Of a stretch of DNA of 46,413 nucleotides, positions 1 through 8,808 are shown in pieces. The DNA is taken from assembly GCA_035541035.1 (NCBI GenBank), contig DATLFO010000104.1, positions 1 to 46,413 of the forward strand. The letters are read 5' to 3'. The translations under genes and the position numbers were made by a program. Below the pieces are notes generated by a model, which worked only from the letters and a program-made list of their open reading frames with translations, made no database searches and had not been told where the DNA came from. The stretch is from Actinomycetota bacterium (GTDB lineage: Bacteria; Actinomycetota; AC-67). How positions within the stretch are numbered: position 1 is the first letter of the stretch; each line of letters opens with the position of its first letter.

Positions 1-1
1 C

Positions 2-553
2 TTCCTGGCGATCCCGTACATGGTCTGGCGAGCGCTCGGCCGCCGCGATCAGAACGCGGCGCTGCTGCTGATCCTGTTCGCGCCGCTGTATCTGCCGTGG
101 CTGGTCACGACGCGGCCGTTGTTCCTGTTCTACATGACACCTGCGGTGCCGATCCTGGCGTTGATGGTCGCCCACATGGTCGACCGCATCACCGAGGAGA
201 TGCGGGCATGGCAGCTGACCGTGATGTTCGCGTTGATGTTCACGCTGCCGTTCGTGCCGCTCTACATCCAATGGCTGCACGCGGGCCGCACCTCGCACCT
301 GCTCTACAAGATCCCGGCGCTCGCGGTGATCTTCCTGGTCGCCAACGGCATCGCGACCCTGCTCGCCTACACGCCCAAGCCACGGCGGCTGATCCTGGTC
401 TACGGCGGGCTGGTGCTGGCGATGTTCGCCTACTTCTACCCGGTGCTCGCCGCGGGCCACATCCCCGACGGCGGCACCTTCGGGTGGCGCAAGCACATGT
501 GGCTGCAGCGCGACTGCGGCCAGCAGGGCATCTTGCTGACCTGCTGGATCTAG
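2..553 (+). CDS. C-terminal portion of a GT39/Pmt-type protein O-mannosyltransferase (5' end upstream of the window)
   Basis: The frame is open from the window edge (FLAIPYMVW...), so the listed ATG at 20 is internal. The polytopic hydrophobic tail ending ...YFYPVLAAGHIP...WRKHMWLQ...CWI resembles the PMT C-terminal 4-TM module. GC3 is high. Confidence 0.55.
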   Translation, partial: FLAIPYMVWRALGRRDQNAALLLILFAPLYLPWLVTTRPLFLFYMTPAVPILALMVAHMVDRITEEMRAWQLTVMFALMFTLPFVPLYIQWLHAGRTSHLLYKIPALAVIFLVANGIATLLAYTPKPRRLILVYGGLVLAMFAYFYPVLAAGHIPDGGTFGWRKHMWLQRDCGQQGILLTCWI

Positions 554-638
554 GTCGCCGTGAAGGTCTGGTGATCCGGGGACCGGCGGGGGCGCGTCGC
601 TCGCTGCACGGCTCTGACCTGCAAAAAGGCCCTAGAAA

Positions 639-669
639 CGGATCGGGGCCGGAAACCCGGCCCGATCCG
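639..669 (+). terminator. GC-rich stem-loop downstream of the Pmt gene (terminator-like, no U-tract)
   Basis: CGGATCGGG-G-GCCGG AAAC CCGGC-CCCGATCCG forms 9+4 bp with one bulged G. It lies about 85 nt after the stop at 551-553. Confidence 0.35.
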
Positions 670-712
670 TCCTGGCGAGAGGACTGGCCCCTATTTCGCC
701 GCCCCCTTGCCC

Positions 713-749
713 GATTCCTCCCATCCGGGCGGAAATTTGGGGAGGAATC
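713..749 (+). promoter_or_regulatory. 10-bp inverted repeat pairing an anti-SD-like TTCCTCCC with an SD-like GGGAGGAA in the ceramidase leader
   Basis: GATTCCTCCC (713-722) and GGGAGGAATC (740-749) are perfect complements separated by 17 nt. The structure ends 27 nt before the ATG at 777. Confidence 0.3.
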
Positions 750-776
750 TTTCGCGAGATCCTCGAATCCGTTTCC

Positions 777-3125
777 ATGACCTCACACCGCGCATTCCGT
801 GCTGCCGTGCTCCTCTTGATGGCCTCCTTTTTCGCCATGCCGCTCAAGGCCCAGGCCGACCCGTGCGCGGCCGTGCTGTGCGCCGGAGCGGCCACCGCCG
901 ACATCACGCCGCCGGTCACCACGCCGCAATGGGGCTACACCAACCGGCAGGGCCTGCTGTTCTCGGCCTCCGGGGTCCAGTCCCACATCACCGGCGGCAA
1001 CCCGGCGGGCGTGGCCCAGGAACGGTTCGTTCGCGACAAGACCAACGGCGAGATCGAGCTCTACAACAAGGAGTTCGTCGCGAGCCGCGGCATCCATCTG
1101 CGGCTGCAGGCCAACGCCTTCGTCATTCAGGGCGCCAACGGGCAGCGGGTCGCGGTCGTGCAGGCCGACCTCGGCGGCATCCCGGGCGAGCTGCATAAGG
1201 CCGTCGCCAAACGCATCGCCGCGGTCACGGGCATCGCCGAGTCGCACCTGCTGATCAGCGCGACCCACACGCACGGAGGGCCGGGCGGCTTCTTCCAGTA
1301 CCAGGGCTACGCGCTGCTCGGCGGCGACGAGTACGACCCACGCGTGTTCGATGCGGTCGCAACGGGTCTGACCAACGCGGTCGTGACCGCCTACAACATG
1401 CTCGCGCCCGCCAAGATGGCCTCGACCCGGATCGCCGCGCCGGGCGCGAACCGCAACCGCCGCGTGGCGCAGTGGTGCCGCAACCCCGAGGCGCTGTGCA
1501 ACGGCACCACGCCCACACCCGCCTCGCCGCCCGCGCACGACGACGACACCACGGTATTCCGCATCGACACCGCGACCGGCCTGCCGCTGGGCGTGCTCAC
1601 GCAGTTCCCAGCGCACGGCACGGTCGGCGGCGACGGGAACCTGCTGTTCTCGGGCGACAACCAGGGCTGGGCGACGCGCAAGGTCGTCGAAGGCATTCGC
1701 GCCGCCTCCGCGCCTTTGCCGGACGGTCACGTGATCGTCAACGCGCTCGTCAACGGCGCGCAGGGCGACGTGTCGGCCGTGGGTTCGGGCTTCAACCAGT
1801 ACGCGTCGATGGAGGACGCCGGCATGCGGCAGGCCGCGCCGGTCCTGTCGGCCTGGGCCGCGCTCAAGCCGGCGCTGCGCACCGACGTGACGGTGGACGC
1901 GCGCTTCGAGCATGTCTGCTTCTGCGGCCAAAGGATCGACGACGAGTTTCTCTACGACGGGCCGGCGATCGACAAGCGCGACCCGATGTGGGATCGCGTC
2001 GCCCCCTACGCCTCGCTAGGCGCGACGATCGTCAACGGCCCGAGGACCACGCCGGTTCCCACGCCCGCGCAGGGCAACAAGACCCCGGGCCTGGTGGGCG
2101 CGGGCCTGGTGCCCTCGATCGTGCGCCTGCAGACGCTTCGAGTCGGTGACGTGCTCTTCGCCTCGATTCCGGGCGAGGCCAACGTGCAGGTCGGTCGGCG
2201 CATCGTGAACCGGCTGATGTCGCTGCCGGGCCGTCCGTGGAGCACGGTCGTGATCGGCGGGCTCGGCAACGACTACATCTCCTACTTCGTCACGCCCGAG
2301 GAGTACACCGCGCAGGAGTACGAGGGCGGCTTCACGCTGTTCGGCCCGCAGTCCTCGCCGCTGATGGAGCAAGAGCTGACGCGGCTCGCCCGCGCGATGA
2401 TCGCGGGCGTGCCGGTCGCGCCCTGCGATCCGTCCGTGGACGCGGGCGACTGCCTCGAGCATCTCGCGCATCCCGACACCACCGCGGCGGCCGTCACGCC
2501 CGTCGCGCCCGACCTGGGCGGCAGCGCGGCCGTGGTAGCCGCGGCCACCGGCACCGCGCGGCTGTCGCACGCGTCGATGGTCTGGCACGGCGGCGGACCC
2601 ACCGCCGAGTGGCGGCCCGGCGCCGACCGCGTCGCGATCGAGCGGCTCGACGGATCCGAGTGGGTCGACGTCGCCGGTGACGCGGCCGGCGGCGCTACCA
2701 CGATCCGCTACGAGAAGATCGACGGCAAGCACACCTGGATGACGGTCTGGGACGTGCCCGCGGACGCCGCGGCCGGCCGCTACCGCTTCCGCGTCGAAGG
2801 CCGCACGGCGACCTCGCCGTTCACGTTCTCGCCGTATCTGCTGACCTCCGAGTTCGACGTGCTCGGCTCGAACGCGATGGCGGTGACGGTGACGAAGGGC
2901 TCGTCGTGGACGGTTCGCGCGACCTACCCGGTCGATCCCGCGGTCTCGTTCCGTATCCGTCCGCTCGTCGCCGGGACCGCGACGCTGGTCGTGGTGCGCG
3001 GCGGCGTCGAGACGACGCTGACGGCGGCCATGAGCGGAGGGGTGGCGAACTTCGCGCTCGAGGCCGGGGACACGCTGGTGGGCGCGAGCGTCGTGGATGC
3101 GCACGGCAACACGGGTGCCGCATGA
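777..3125 (+). CDS. Secreted neutral/alkaline (non-lysosomal) ceramidase family protein with a C-terminal extension
   Basis: Signal peptide MTSHRAFRAAVLLLMASFFAMPLKAQA. The ISATHTHGGPGG motif is typical of the neutral ceramidase N-domain. The 782-aa length fits the family plus an extra Ig-like tail. Confidence 0.75.
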   Translation: MTSHRAFRAAVLLLMASFFAMPLKAQADPCAAVLCAGAATADITPPVTTPQWGYTNRQGLLFSASGVQSHITGGNPAGVAQERFVRDKTNGEIELYNKEFVASRGIHLRLQANAFVIQGANGQRVAVVQADLGGIPGELHKAVAKRIAAVTGIAESHLLISATHTHGGPGGFFQYQGYALLGGDEYDPRVFDAVATGLTNAVVTAYNMLAPAKMASTRIAAPGANRNRRVAQWCRNPEALCNGTTPTPASPPAHDDDTTVFRIDTATGLPLGVLTQFPAHGTVGGDGNLLFSGDNQGWATRKVVEGIRAASAPLPDGHVIVNALVNGAQGDVSAVGSGFNQYASMEDAGMRQAAPVLSAWAALKPALRTDVTVDARFEHVCFCGQRIDDEFLYDGPAIDKRDPMWDRVAPYASLGATIVNGPRTTPVPTPAQGNKTPGLVGAGLVPSIVRLQTLRVGDVLFASIPGEANVQVGRRIVNRLMSLPGRPWSTVVIGGLGNDYISYFVTPEEYTAQEYEGGFTLFGPQSSPLMEQELTRLARAMIAGVPVAPCDPSVDAGDCLEHLAHPDTTAAAVTPVAPDLGGSAAVVAAATGTARLSHASMVWHGGGPTAEWRPGADRVAIERLDGSEWVDVAGDAAGGATTIRYEKIDGKHTWMTVWDVPADAAAGRYRFRVEGRTATSPFTFSPYLLTSEFDVLGSNAMAVTVTKGSSWTVRATYPVDPAVSFRIRPLVAGTATLVVVRGGVETTLTAAMSGGVANFALEAGDTLVGASVVDAHGNTGAA

Positions 3126-5248
3126 GACGGCGTCTGCTGGCCGCGCTGCTGGCGCTCGCCGCGATCGCACCGGCAAACGCGTCGCGCGCCGCGACCGTGG
3201 TGGCCGACGAGGACGCGTTCGTCCGGTTGAACGGCAGCTTCCTCGTGATCGGCAACGATCTGATCGAACGCTTTTGGACCCTCGGCGGCGAGACGGTTTC
3301 GGTGACTACGCACAAAGGGGCGTTCACCGGCGGCTGGTCGTCGGATACGCAGTTCGGCACCGGCGCACCGGATCTGTGGAGGATCCGGGCGTGGTCGGCG
3401 TCGCGGCGGCCTGCCGGCGGCGTCGAGCTGCGCATGCGCATGGCCGGCGCGCGTCCCTACGAGATCGAGCGCATCGCGCGCGTGCTTCCGGGCGTGAGCG
3501 CGGTGCGCATGGAGACGATCGTGCATGCCGGCCCGGCGCCGGTCGTGCTGCCCGGCTACACGTTGGAATCGCTGTCGAACCCGCTCAGCGCGCCCGCCGC
3601 GCGCGCGATCAACTTCAGCGGCGGCGCGGACTGGCGGCCCGCCTACGACTATCGCCGCGACACCGTGGGGCCGCAGTTCGACGCAAACGCCGAGTGGCTC
3701 GAGACCGCCGACGGCGGGCTCGGCCTGCTGATGCAGCGCCGCAACTATCTGTCCTCGCGCATGCAATGGTCCGGGCATCGGGCGCGGGCGACCGTGGACC
3801 TGTCGCACGACAAGGCATACCTCGGCCCGTTCGAGGAGATCCGCCCCGAGGGCGGGCATCCGCCCGCCGCGCCCGCACGCACGCGAACGGTCGAGCCGTT
3901 CCGCCCGCTCGCATTGGAGCCGGTGATCGTGGCGATGGGCACCGGTCCCGACGATCTGACCTGGCAGGCGCACCGGATGCTGATGAGCGACGTCGCCCCG
4001 TATCCGCGCACGATCAACTTCAACACCGACCGGGTGCGCGGCGCGCCGTTCGAGCTCGGCGCGCGCGACGGCGTGGGACTGCCGCAGTTCAACCAGCTCT
4101 GGCCCGTTGCGAAGGCGATGGGCGTCGAAACGTTCGTGCTCGACGACGGCTGGCAGCTCTACAACGGCGACTGGCTCGAGCCGGACGCCGCGCGCTGGCC
4201 CAACGGGCTCGAAGAGCCGCGCGACATCTTGGAGGCCAACGGGATGCGGCTGGGCCTGTGGATGGCGCCCGGCTCGTTCCATCCGCACTCGAATGCATGG
4301 AAGGCCGATCCCGAGGCGACCTGCCTGCCGGTCGGCGCCGGCACCGCCGCCTACAACGCCGCGTCACCCAACACCGGCAGCAACGCGGCCGGGATCGGGG
4401 TGTGGGACTTCAACGCGCCGCTCGCCGGCGAGCTTCGCCGATACCGCGACAAGCTCGCCTCCGAGATCGCGACGCTGAGGGCGACGTTGCGCCCGACCGA
4501 GTTCAAGTTCGACTTCCTGGTATGGCTCGACTGCGCGTTCGGCACGATGTACGAGCAGCGCGACGCGTTCTTCGACGAGATTGCCGCCCTGTCCGGCACC
4601 TTCCCGGGAACCGGCTTCGGCATGGACGAGACCAACGACTATCGCAGCTTCCCGTACGAGTCGATCCTGTACGGGCCGACCTGGTTCCAAAACGGCAACC
4701 CATCGCAGGATGCCGTGCTGCACAACGTGTGGACCATGGCCCCGTACGTGCCCGGCTTCACCATCGGCCAGGCCGCCACGATTCGTCCGGGCGACCCGGC
4801 GGCCGTGATCGACGAGAAGATGGCGGCCGCGCTGACGTATCACATGACCTTCTGGACCGACATCCGCGAGCTGGCGGGCGCGACCGCGGTCACCGACCGC
4901 GTGCGCGTGTGGACCGACTTCGCCAAACAGCACCGGATGACGAACGGCTTCGCGTATCCGCTGCTGTCGGATCCCCTGGGCCGGGCGTCGTGGAGCGGCA
5001 TGCAGCCGTGGGACGCCGAGACGCACAAAGGCATGGCACTCCTGTTCCGCTTCGACTCGCCGAACGCGACGCAGACGGTTTCGCTGCGTGGGTTGTCTGC
5101 GTCGACGACCTACCGCCTGACCGACGTGACGCCGACCGAGGCGTCGTTCGTCGTGGGCGAGTTCAGCGGCGCGGATCTGATGGACGGCATTCCGGTCACC
5201 ATCGCGCAGACCCGCGGCGTGCGTGTGCTGACGATCGATCCCGCCTAA
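3122..5248 (+). CDS. Secreted GH36-like (clan GH-D) alpha-galactosidase-type glycoside hydrolase
   Basis: The ATG at 3122 overlaps the ceramidase stop (ATGA). Signal peptide MRRRLLAALLALAAIAPANASRAA. FVLDDGWQ and KFDFLVW motifs are typical of the GH36/GH27 catalytic barrel. The upstream in-frame extension from 2906 lies inside the ceramidase gene and is Arg-rich junk. Confidence 0.65.
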   Translation: MRRRLLAALLALAAIAPANASRAATVVADEDAFVRLNGSFLVIGNDLIERFWTLGGETVSVTTHKGAFTGGWSSDTQFGTGAPDLWRIRAWSASRRPAGGVELRMRMAGARPYEIERIARVLPGVSAVRMETIVHAGPAPVVLPGYTLESLSNPLSAPAARAINFSGGADWRPAYDYRRDTVGPQFDANAEWLETADGGLGLLMQRRNYLSSRMQWSGHRARATVDLSHDKAYLGPFEEIRPEGGHPPAAPARTRTVEPFRPLALEPVIVAMGTGPDDLTWQAHRMLMSDVAPYPRTINFNTDRVRGAPFELGARDGVGLPQFNQLWPVAKAMGVETFVLDDGWQLYNGDWLEPDAARWPNGLEEPRDILEANGMRLGLWMAPGSFHPHSNAWKADPEATCLPVGAGTAAYNAASPNTGSNAAGIGVWDFNAPLAGELRRYRDKLASEIATLRATLRPTEFKFDFLVWLDCAFGTMYEQRDAFFDEIAALSGTFPGTGFGMDETNDYRSFPYESILYGPTWFQNGNPSQDAVLHNVWTMAPYVPGFTIGQAATIRPGDPAAVIDEKMAAALTYHMTFWTDIRELAGATAVTDRVRVWTDFAKQHRMTNGFAYPLLSDPLGRASWSGMQPWDAETHKGMALLFRFDSPNATQTVSLRGLSASTTYRLTDVTPTEASFVVGEFSGADLMDGIPVTIAQTRGVRVLTIDPA

Positions 5249-5297
5249 CTTTTCCCCTGTGCACGGCTCAAGGCTCAACCACCGATCGGGGTCTTCG

Positions 5298-6374
5298 CTA
5301 CGCGCGGCGCATCACAAAGTCGAGGACGATCGGCACGATCATCATCGCGGCGAAGGCGGCGGCGCGCAGGCCCTTCAGCGGCTTGGGCGGGCGCAGGCCC
5401 GCTCCCAGCACGTCGCCGGCATGCGGGGCTCGCACCACGCCCCACGGCGCGAGCGCGGCCTCGGCCTGAACGCCGTTGCGGGCGCGCAGCATCAGGCCGC
5501 GCGCTTTGCGGGCGTTCGACGACCGGATCGAGCGGCGCTGCAGCAGGAAGAAGCCGGGCGAGCGCTTCGGCAGCTGCATCTCGCGGGTGAAGACGATGGC
5601 CATGTTCGGGATGTCGATCTCGTTGTACAGGAACAGCGGCAATGCGGATCCGTCCCCCGAGTACAGGTAGCCGTGCCTGCCGCGCGGCTCGGGCACGGGC
5701 TTCGATCCGACGGTCGCCCAGCCGGCCTCGTGCTCGGCCGGCTCGGGCGCGTCCGAATTGGACGCGTCAGGATCGGGCGGCGGCGTGGTTTGCGGAAGCT
5801 GATACGGCACCTGTGCGGGCACCGGCTCCCACGGGTTGCGGCCGTGGCGGTCCAGCGCGTCGGCGAAGACCGCCTCGGGAAGCTCGCCTTCGATGGCGAA
5901 ACGGTGGTTCTTGTTGAAGGGGATCATCGGGCGGTCGTCGAGCGCGACGAGCTTGACCGCCTCGCGCGGCACGACCATCGGCTGCGACCATTCCGGCAGC
6001 GAGATCGTCATCGTCTGCGAGCCGACCGTGACGACGCAGGTCTCGCGATCGGCGCGCAGCCAGAAGTAGGCCGCGAACCCGAACCCCACGAGCGCCACCG
6101 TGATGCCGGCGATCTCGGGCACGGCCGAGTCGGAGGAGCCCATGAACGAAAGGATGAGCTCGATCAGCGTCATCGCCCCATACGCGATGAAGCCGCCCAC
6201 CAGGCCCCCGACCGCGAAGAGCACGGCGATCACCTTCGGGCTGCGCGTGCCTCGCGGCGGCACGATCGGGATCGCCCCGCCGGGCGCGACGGTTGGCGCG
6301 GCAGGCGGCGGCGCCGGGGCCGCGCGCAGCGGCACCGGCAACATCATGTCGTAGCCGTCGCTGGTCCAGGTCAT
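5298..6374 (-). CDS. Hypothetical membrane protein (Pro-rich N-terminus, two central TM helices, C-terminal TM)
   Basis: Long high-GC3 ORF with hydrophobic segments VIAVLFAVGGLVGGFIAYGAMTLIELIL and AGITVALVGFGFAAYFWL. The start is uncertain: ATG 6374 (MTWTSDG...) is preferred over TTG 6434, which would leave only 17 bp to the divergent SDR gene. Confidence 0.5.
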   Translation of the reverse strand: MTWTSDGYDMMLPVPLRAAPAPPPAAPTVAPGGAIPIVPPRGTRSPKVIAVLFAVGGLVGGFIAYGAMTLIELILSFMGSSDSAVPEIAGITVALVGFGFAAYFWLRADRETCVVTVGSQTMTISLPEWSQPMVVPREAVKLVALDDRPMIPFNKNHRFAIEGELPEAVFADALDRHGRNPWEPVPAQVPYQLPQTTPPPDPDASNSDAPEPAEHEAGWATVGSKPVPEPRGRHGYLYSGDGSALPLFLYNEIDIPNMAIVFTREMQLPKRSPGFFLLQRRSIRSSNARKARGLMLRARNGVQAEAALAPWGVVRAPHAGDVLGAGLRPPKPLKGLRAAAFAAMMIVPIVLDFVMRRA

Positions 6375-6451
6375 TCCCTTGTGTATCGGTCGAAATCCGG
6401 CGGACTTGAACGATAGGATGGCGCCCGCCACCAACCTTTTTAGGAGCGTTC

Positions 6452-7222
6452 ATGAACCTGCAAGGAAAGACCGCGCTGGTCACGGGCGGTGCATCAGGCC
6501 TGGGCCGCGCGACCGTCGAGACGCTGCACGCGGCCGGCGCGAACGCCGTCATTGTCGATCTGCCGCATGCCCCCGGCGACGAACTCGTCAAGAATCTTGA
6601 CGAGCGTGCCGTCTTCTCCCCTGCCGACGTCACCAACACCGAAGAGGTCCAGGCCGGCATCACGGCGGCCGTCGAGCACTTCGGCGGCCTGCACATCGCG
6701 GTCAACTGCGCGGGCGTCGGTTGGGCCGCGCGCACGTTGTCCAAGGACGGTCCGCACGATCTGGGTGTGTTCTCCAAGGTCGTCGAGGTCAATTTGATCG
6801 GCACGTTCAACGTCATCCGTCTCGCGGCCGCGCAGATGGCCTCGCAAGAGCCGGCCGCCGGCGACGAGGAGCGCGGCGTGATCGTCAACACCGCATCGAT
6901 CGCCGCCTTCGACGGCCAGATCGGCCAGGCCGCCTACAGCGCATCCAAGGGCGGCGTGGTCGGCATGACCCTGCCGATCGCGCGCGATCTGGCACGGATG
7001 AAGATTCGCGTCTGCACGATCGCGCCCGGCACGTTCGACACGCCGATGCTGGCCGCGCTGCCGCAGGAGCATCGCGACGCGCTCGCGGCCGCGATTCCGA
7101 ATCCGTCGCGCCTGGGTGATCCGGCCGAGTTCGGCGCGCTCGTCAAGCACATCTGCGAGAACAGTTTTTTGAACGCCGAAACGATCCGTCTGGACGGCGC
7201 GCTGCGGATGGGGCCGAAGTGA
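6452..7222 (+). CDS. Short-chain dehydrogenase/reductase, 3-hydroxyacyl-CoA dehydrogenase type-2-like
   Basis: TGGASGLG cofactor motif and YSASKGG catalytic motif. AGGAG sits 7 nt upstream of the ATG. Length is 256 aa. Confidence 0.85.
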   Translation: MNLQGKTALVTGGASGLGRATVETLHAAGANAVIVDLPHAPGDELVKNLDERAVFSPADVTNTEEVQAGITAAVEHFGGLHIAVNCAGVGWAARTLSKDGPHDLGVFSKVVEVNLIGTFNVIRLAAAQMASQEPAAGDEERGVIVNTASIAAFDGQIGQAAYSASKGGVVGMTLPIARDLARMKIRVCTIAPGTFDTPMLAALPQEHRDALAAAIPNPSRLGDPAEFGALVKHICENSFLNAETIRLDGALRMGPK

Positions 7223-8544
7223 TGCCGGACATCGGCGCGCTCCTGCCGCAGATCCGCGCGGACCTGGAAGAGCTGGTCCGCATCCCGTCGGTCAGCGCCG
7301 ACGGCTTCGACCCGGCGCACGTGCGGGCATCCGCGTCCAAGACCCTCGAGCTGTTCGAAGCCGAAGGGCTCTCCACCGAGCTGCTCGAGATCGACGGCGC
7401 ACATCCCGCGGTGCTGGCCACGTTTCCCGCGCCCGCCGGCGCGCCGACCGTGCTGCTCTACGCGCATCACGACGTCCAGCCGCCGGGCGAGGAGTCCAAG
7501 TGGACGTCGCCACCGTTCGAGCCCACCGAGCGCGACGGGCGCCTGTACGGACGCGGCACCGCCGACGACAAGGCCGGGATCATGGTGCACCTGGCCGCGA
7601 TCCGCGCATTCGAAGGCACACCGCCCGTCGGGCTGACCATCCTGATCGAAGGCGAGGAGGAGACCGGCAGCGAGCATCTCGGCGCGTTCCTGTCGGCATA
7701 CGGCGACCGGCTGCGCGCGGATGCGATCGTGCTGGCCGACAGCGGCAATTGGCGCATCGGCGAGCCCGCGCTCACCACGTCGCTGCGCGGCCTGGTCGAT
7801 TGCGTCGTCGAGGTGCGCACGCTGGATCACGCGGTGCACAGCGGCATGTACGGCGGGCCGATCCCGGACGCGCTCACGTGCTTGGCCCGGCTGCTTTCGA
7901 CGCTGCACGATCCCGACGGCAACGTCGCCGTCGGCACGCGAGTGCATGGCAGCGCCGATCCGCTCGACCTGACCGAGGACGAGCTTCGCGCGCAGGCGGG
8001 CGTGGCGGACGGCGTGCGGATGATCGGCGGCGGCGCGCTGACCGAGCGGCTGTGGGCGCGGCCGGCGATCAGCGTGCTCGGCATCGACGCGCCCACCGTG
8101 CAGGCGGCCTCGAACCAGCTCGTGCCCGTCGCGCGGGCGAAGATCTCGATGCGGATCGCGCCCGGCGACGATCCGTCGCAGGCCTTGGACGAGCTGGTCG
8201 CGCATCTCGAACGCAACGCCCCGTGGGGCGCGAAGGTCACCGTCCGTCGCGGCAGCACCGGCCGGCCGTACGCGCTCAAGGCCGACGGCCCCATCTACGA
8301 GGCGGCCCGGCAAGCCATGACCGAAGCGTGGGACGGCAAAAAGCCCGTCCACATGGGCGTGGGCGGATCCATCCCGCTCGTCGCAGCGTTCGCGGATCGG
8401 TACCCGGACGCGGCCATCCTGCTGACCGGAGTCGAGGATCCCGACACGCGGGCCCACGGCGAGAACGAAAGCCTGCACCTGGGCGAGTTCGCCCGCGCGA
8501 TCCGCGCTGAGACGCTGCTGCTGGAACACCTCGGCGCGCGGTAG
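7219..8544 (+). CDS. M20 family dipeptidase/metallopeptidase
   Basis: [22 protein letters not shown] and [10 protein letters not shown] motifs. The start (GTG 7219 or ATG 7222) overlaps the SDR stop. Confidence 0.85.
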   Translation: MMPDIGALLPQIRADLEELVRIPSVSADGFDPAHVRASASKTLELFEAEGLSTELLEIDGAHPAVLATFPAPAGAPTVLLYAHHDVQPPGEESKWTSPPFEPTERDGRLYGRGTADDKAGIMVHLAAIRAFEGTPPVGLTILIEGEEETGSEHLGAFLSAYGDRLRADAIVLADSGNWRIGEPALTTSLRGLVDCVVEVRTLDHAVHSGMYGGPIPDALTCLARLLSTLHDPDGNVAVGTRVHGSADPLDLTEDELRAQAGVADGVRMIGGGALTERLWARPAISVLGIDAPTVQAASNQLVPVARAKISMRIAPGDDPSQALDELVAHLERNAPWGAKVTVRRGSTGRPYALKADGPIYEAARQAMTEAWDGKKPVHMGVGGSIPLVAAFADRYPDAAILLTGVEDPDTRAHGENESLHLGEFARAIRAETLLLEHLGAR

Positions 8545-8650
8545 CGACCAAAGGCACGCCGAAAGAACGGCCAAGGGCCGTCGGGATGCATGGTGATCGT
8601 CCGCGGCTCGGCGGCCGGAGCGTTGCCCGCTCACCCGGCCGCCATTCGTT

Positions 8651-8760
8651 CGCCGCCCTCCCGATGCATCGACGCCCGAAATTCCGGGTTCGGCAAACGG
8701 GGCGAATCCGGCAAGTGATCGGTTGAAGGTCCCGATCGAGGCCCACTCATAACCGGCGGA
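8651..8760 (+). ncRNA. Candidate structured leader with partial collinear resemblance to the ydaO/c-di-AMP riboswitch
   Basis: It lies in a 264-nt intergenic region upstream of an M23 cell-wall hydrolase. Blocks GAAAUUCC, ACGGGGCGAAUCC, AAGUGAUC and CCCGAUCGAGGCCCACUCAUAACC occur in the order of the ydaO consensus blocks. They are enclosed by a possible P1 helix, CGCCG (8651-8655) / CGGCG (8754-8758). The match is imperfect. Confidence 0.3.
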
Positions 8761-8771
8761 GATCTCGCGCG

Positions 8772-8800
8772 TTGACTTCCGTGACGGCTCCCCGACAATA
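8772..8800 (+). promoter_or_regulatory. Candidate sigma-A type promoter TTGACT-17 nt-ACAATA
   Basis: -35 TTGACT at 8772-8777 and -10 ACAATA at 8795-8800 with 17-nt spacing. This would place the transcription start within a few nt of the GTG at 8809, giving a near-leaderless mRNA. Confidence 0.3.
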
Positions 8801-8808
8801 GGACCGCT

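Noticed and set aside
2906-3121. An upstream in-frame extension of the GH36-like gene. Similar extensions occur at 21132-21254 for VIT1, 25104-25445 for the ALDH, 23173-23568 for the DUF1838-like gene, 39553-39876 for the cupin, 41048-41275 for HO and 41947-42114 for IclR.
   Set aside because: The extensions overlap neighbouring real genes or intergenic DNA and encode Arg/Gly-rich junk. Downstream starts with SD sequences, signal peptides or start/stop overlaps fit much better.
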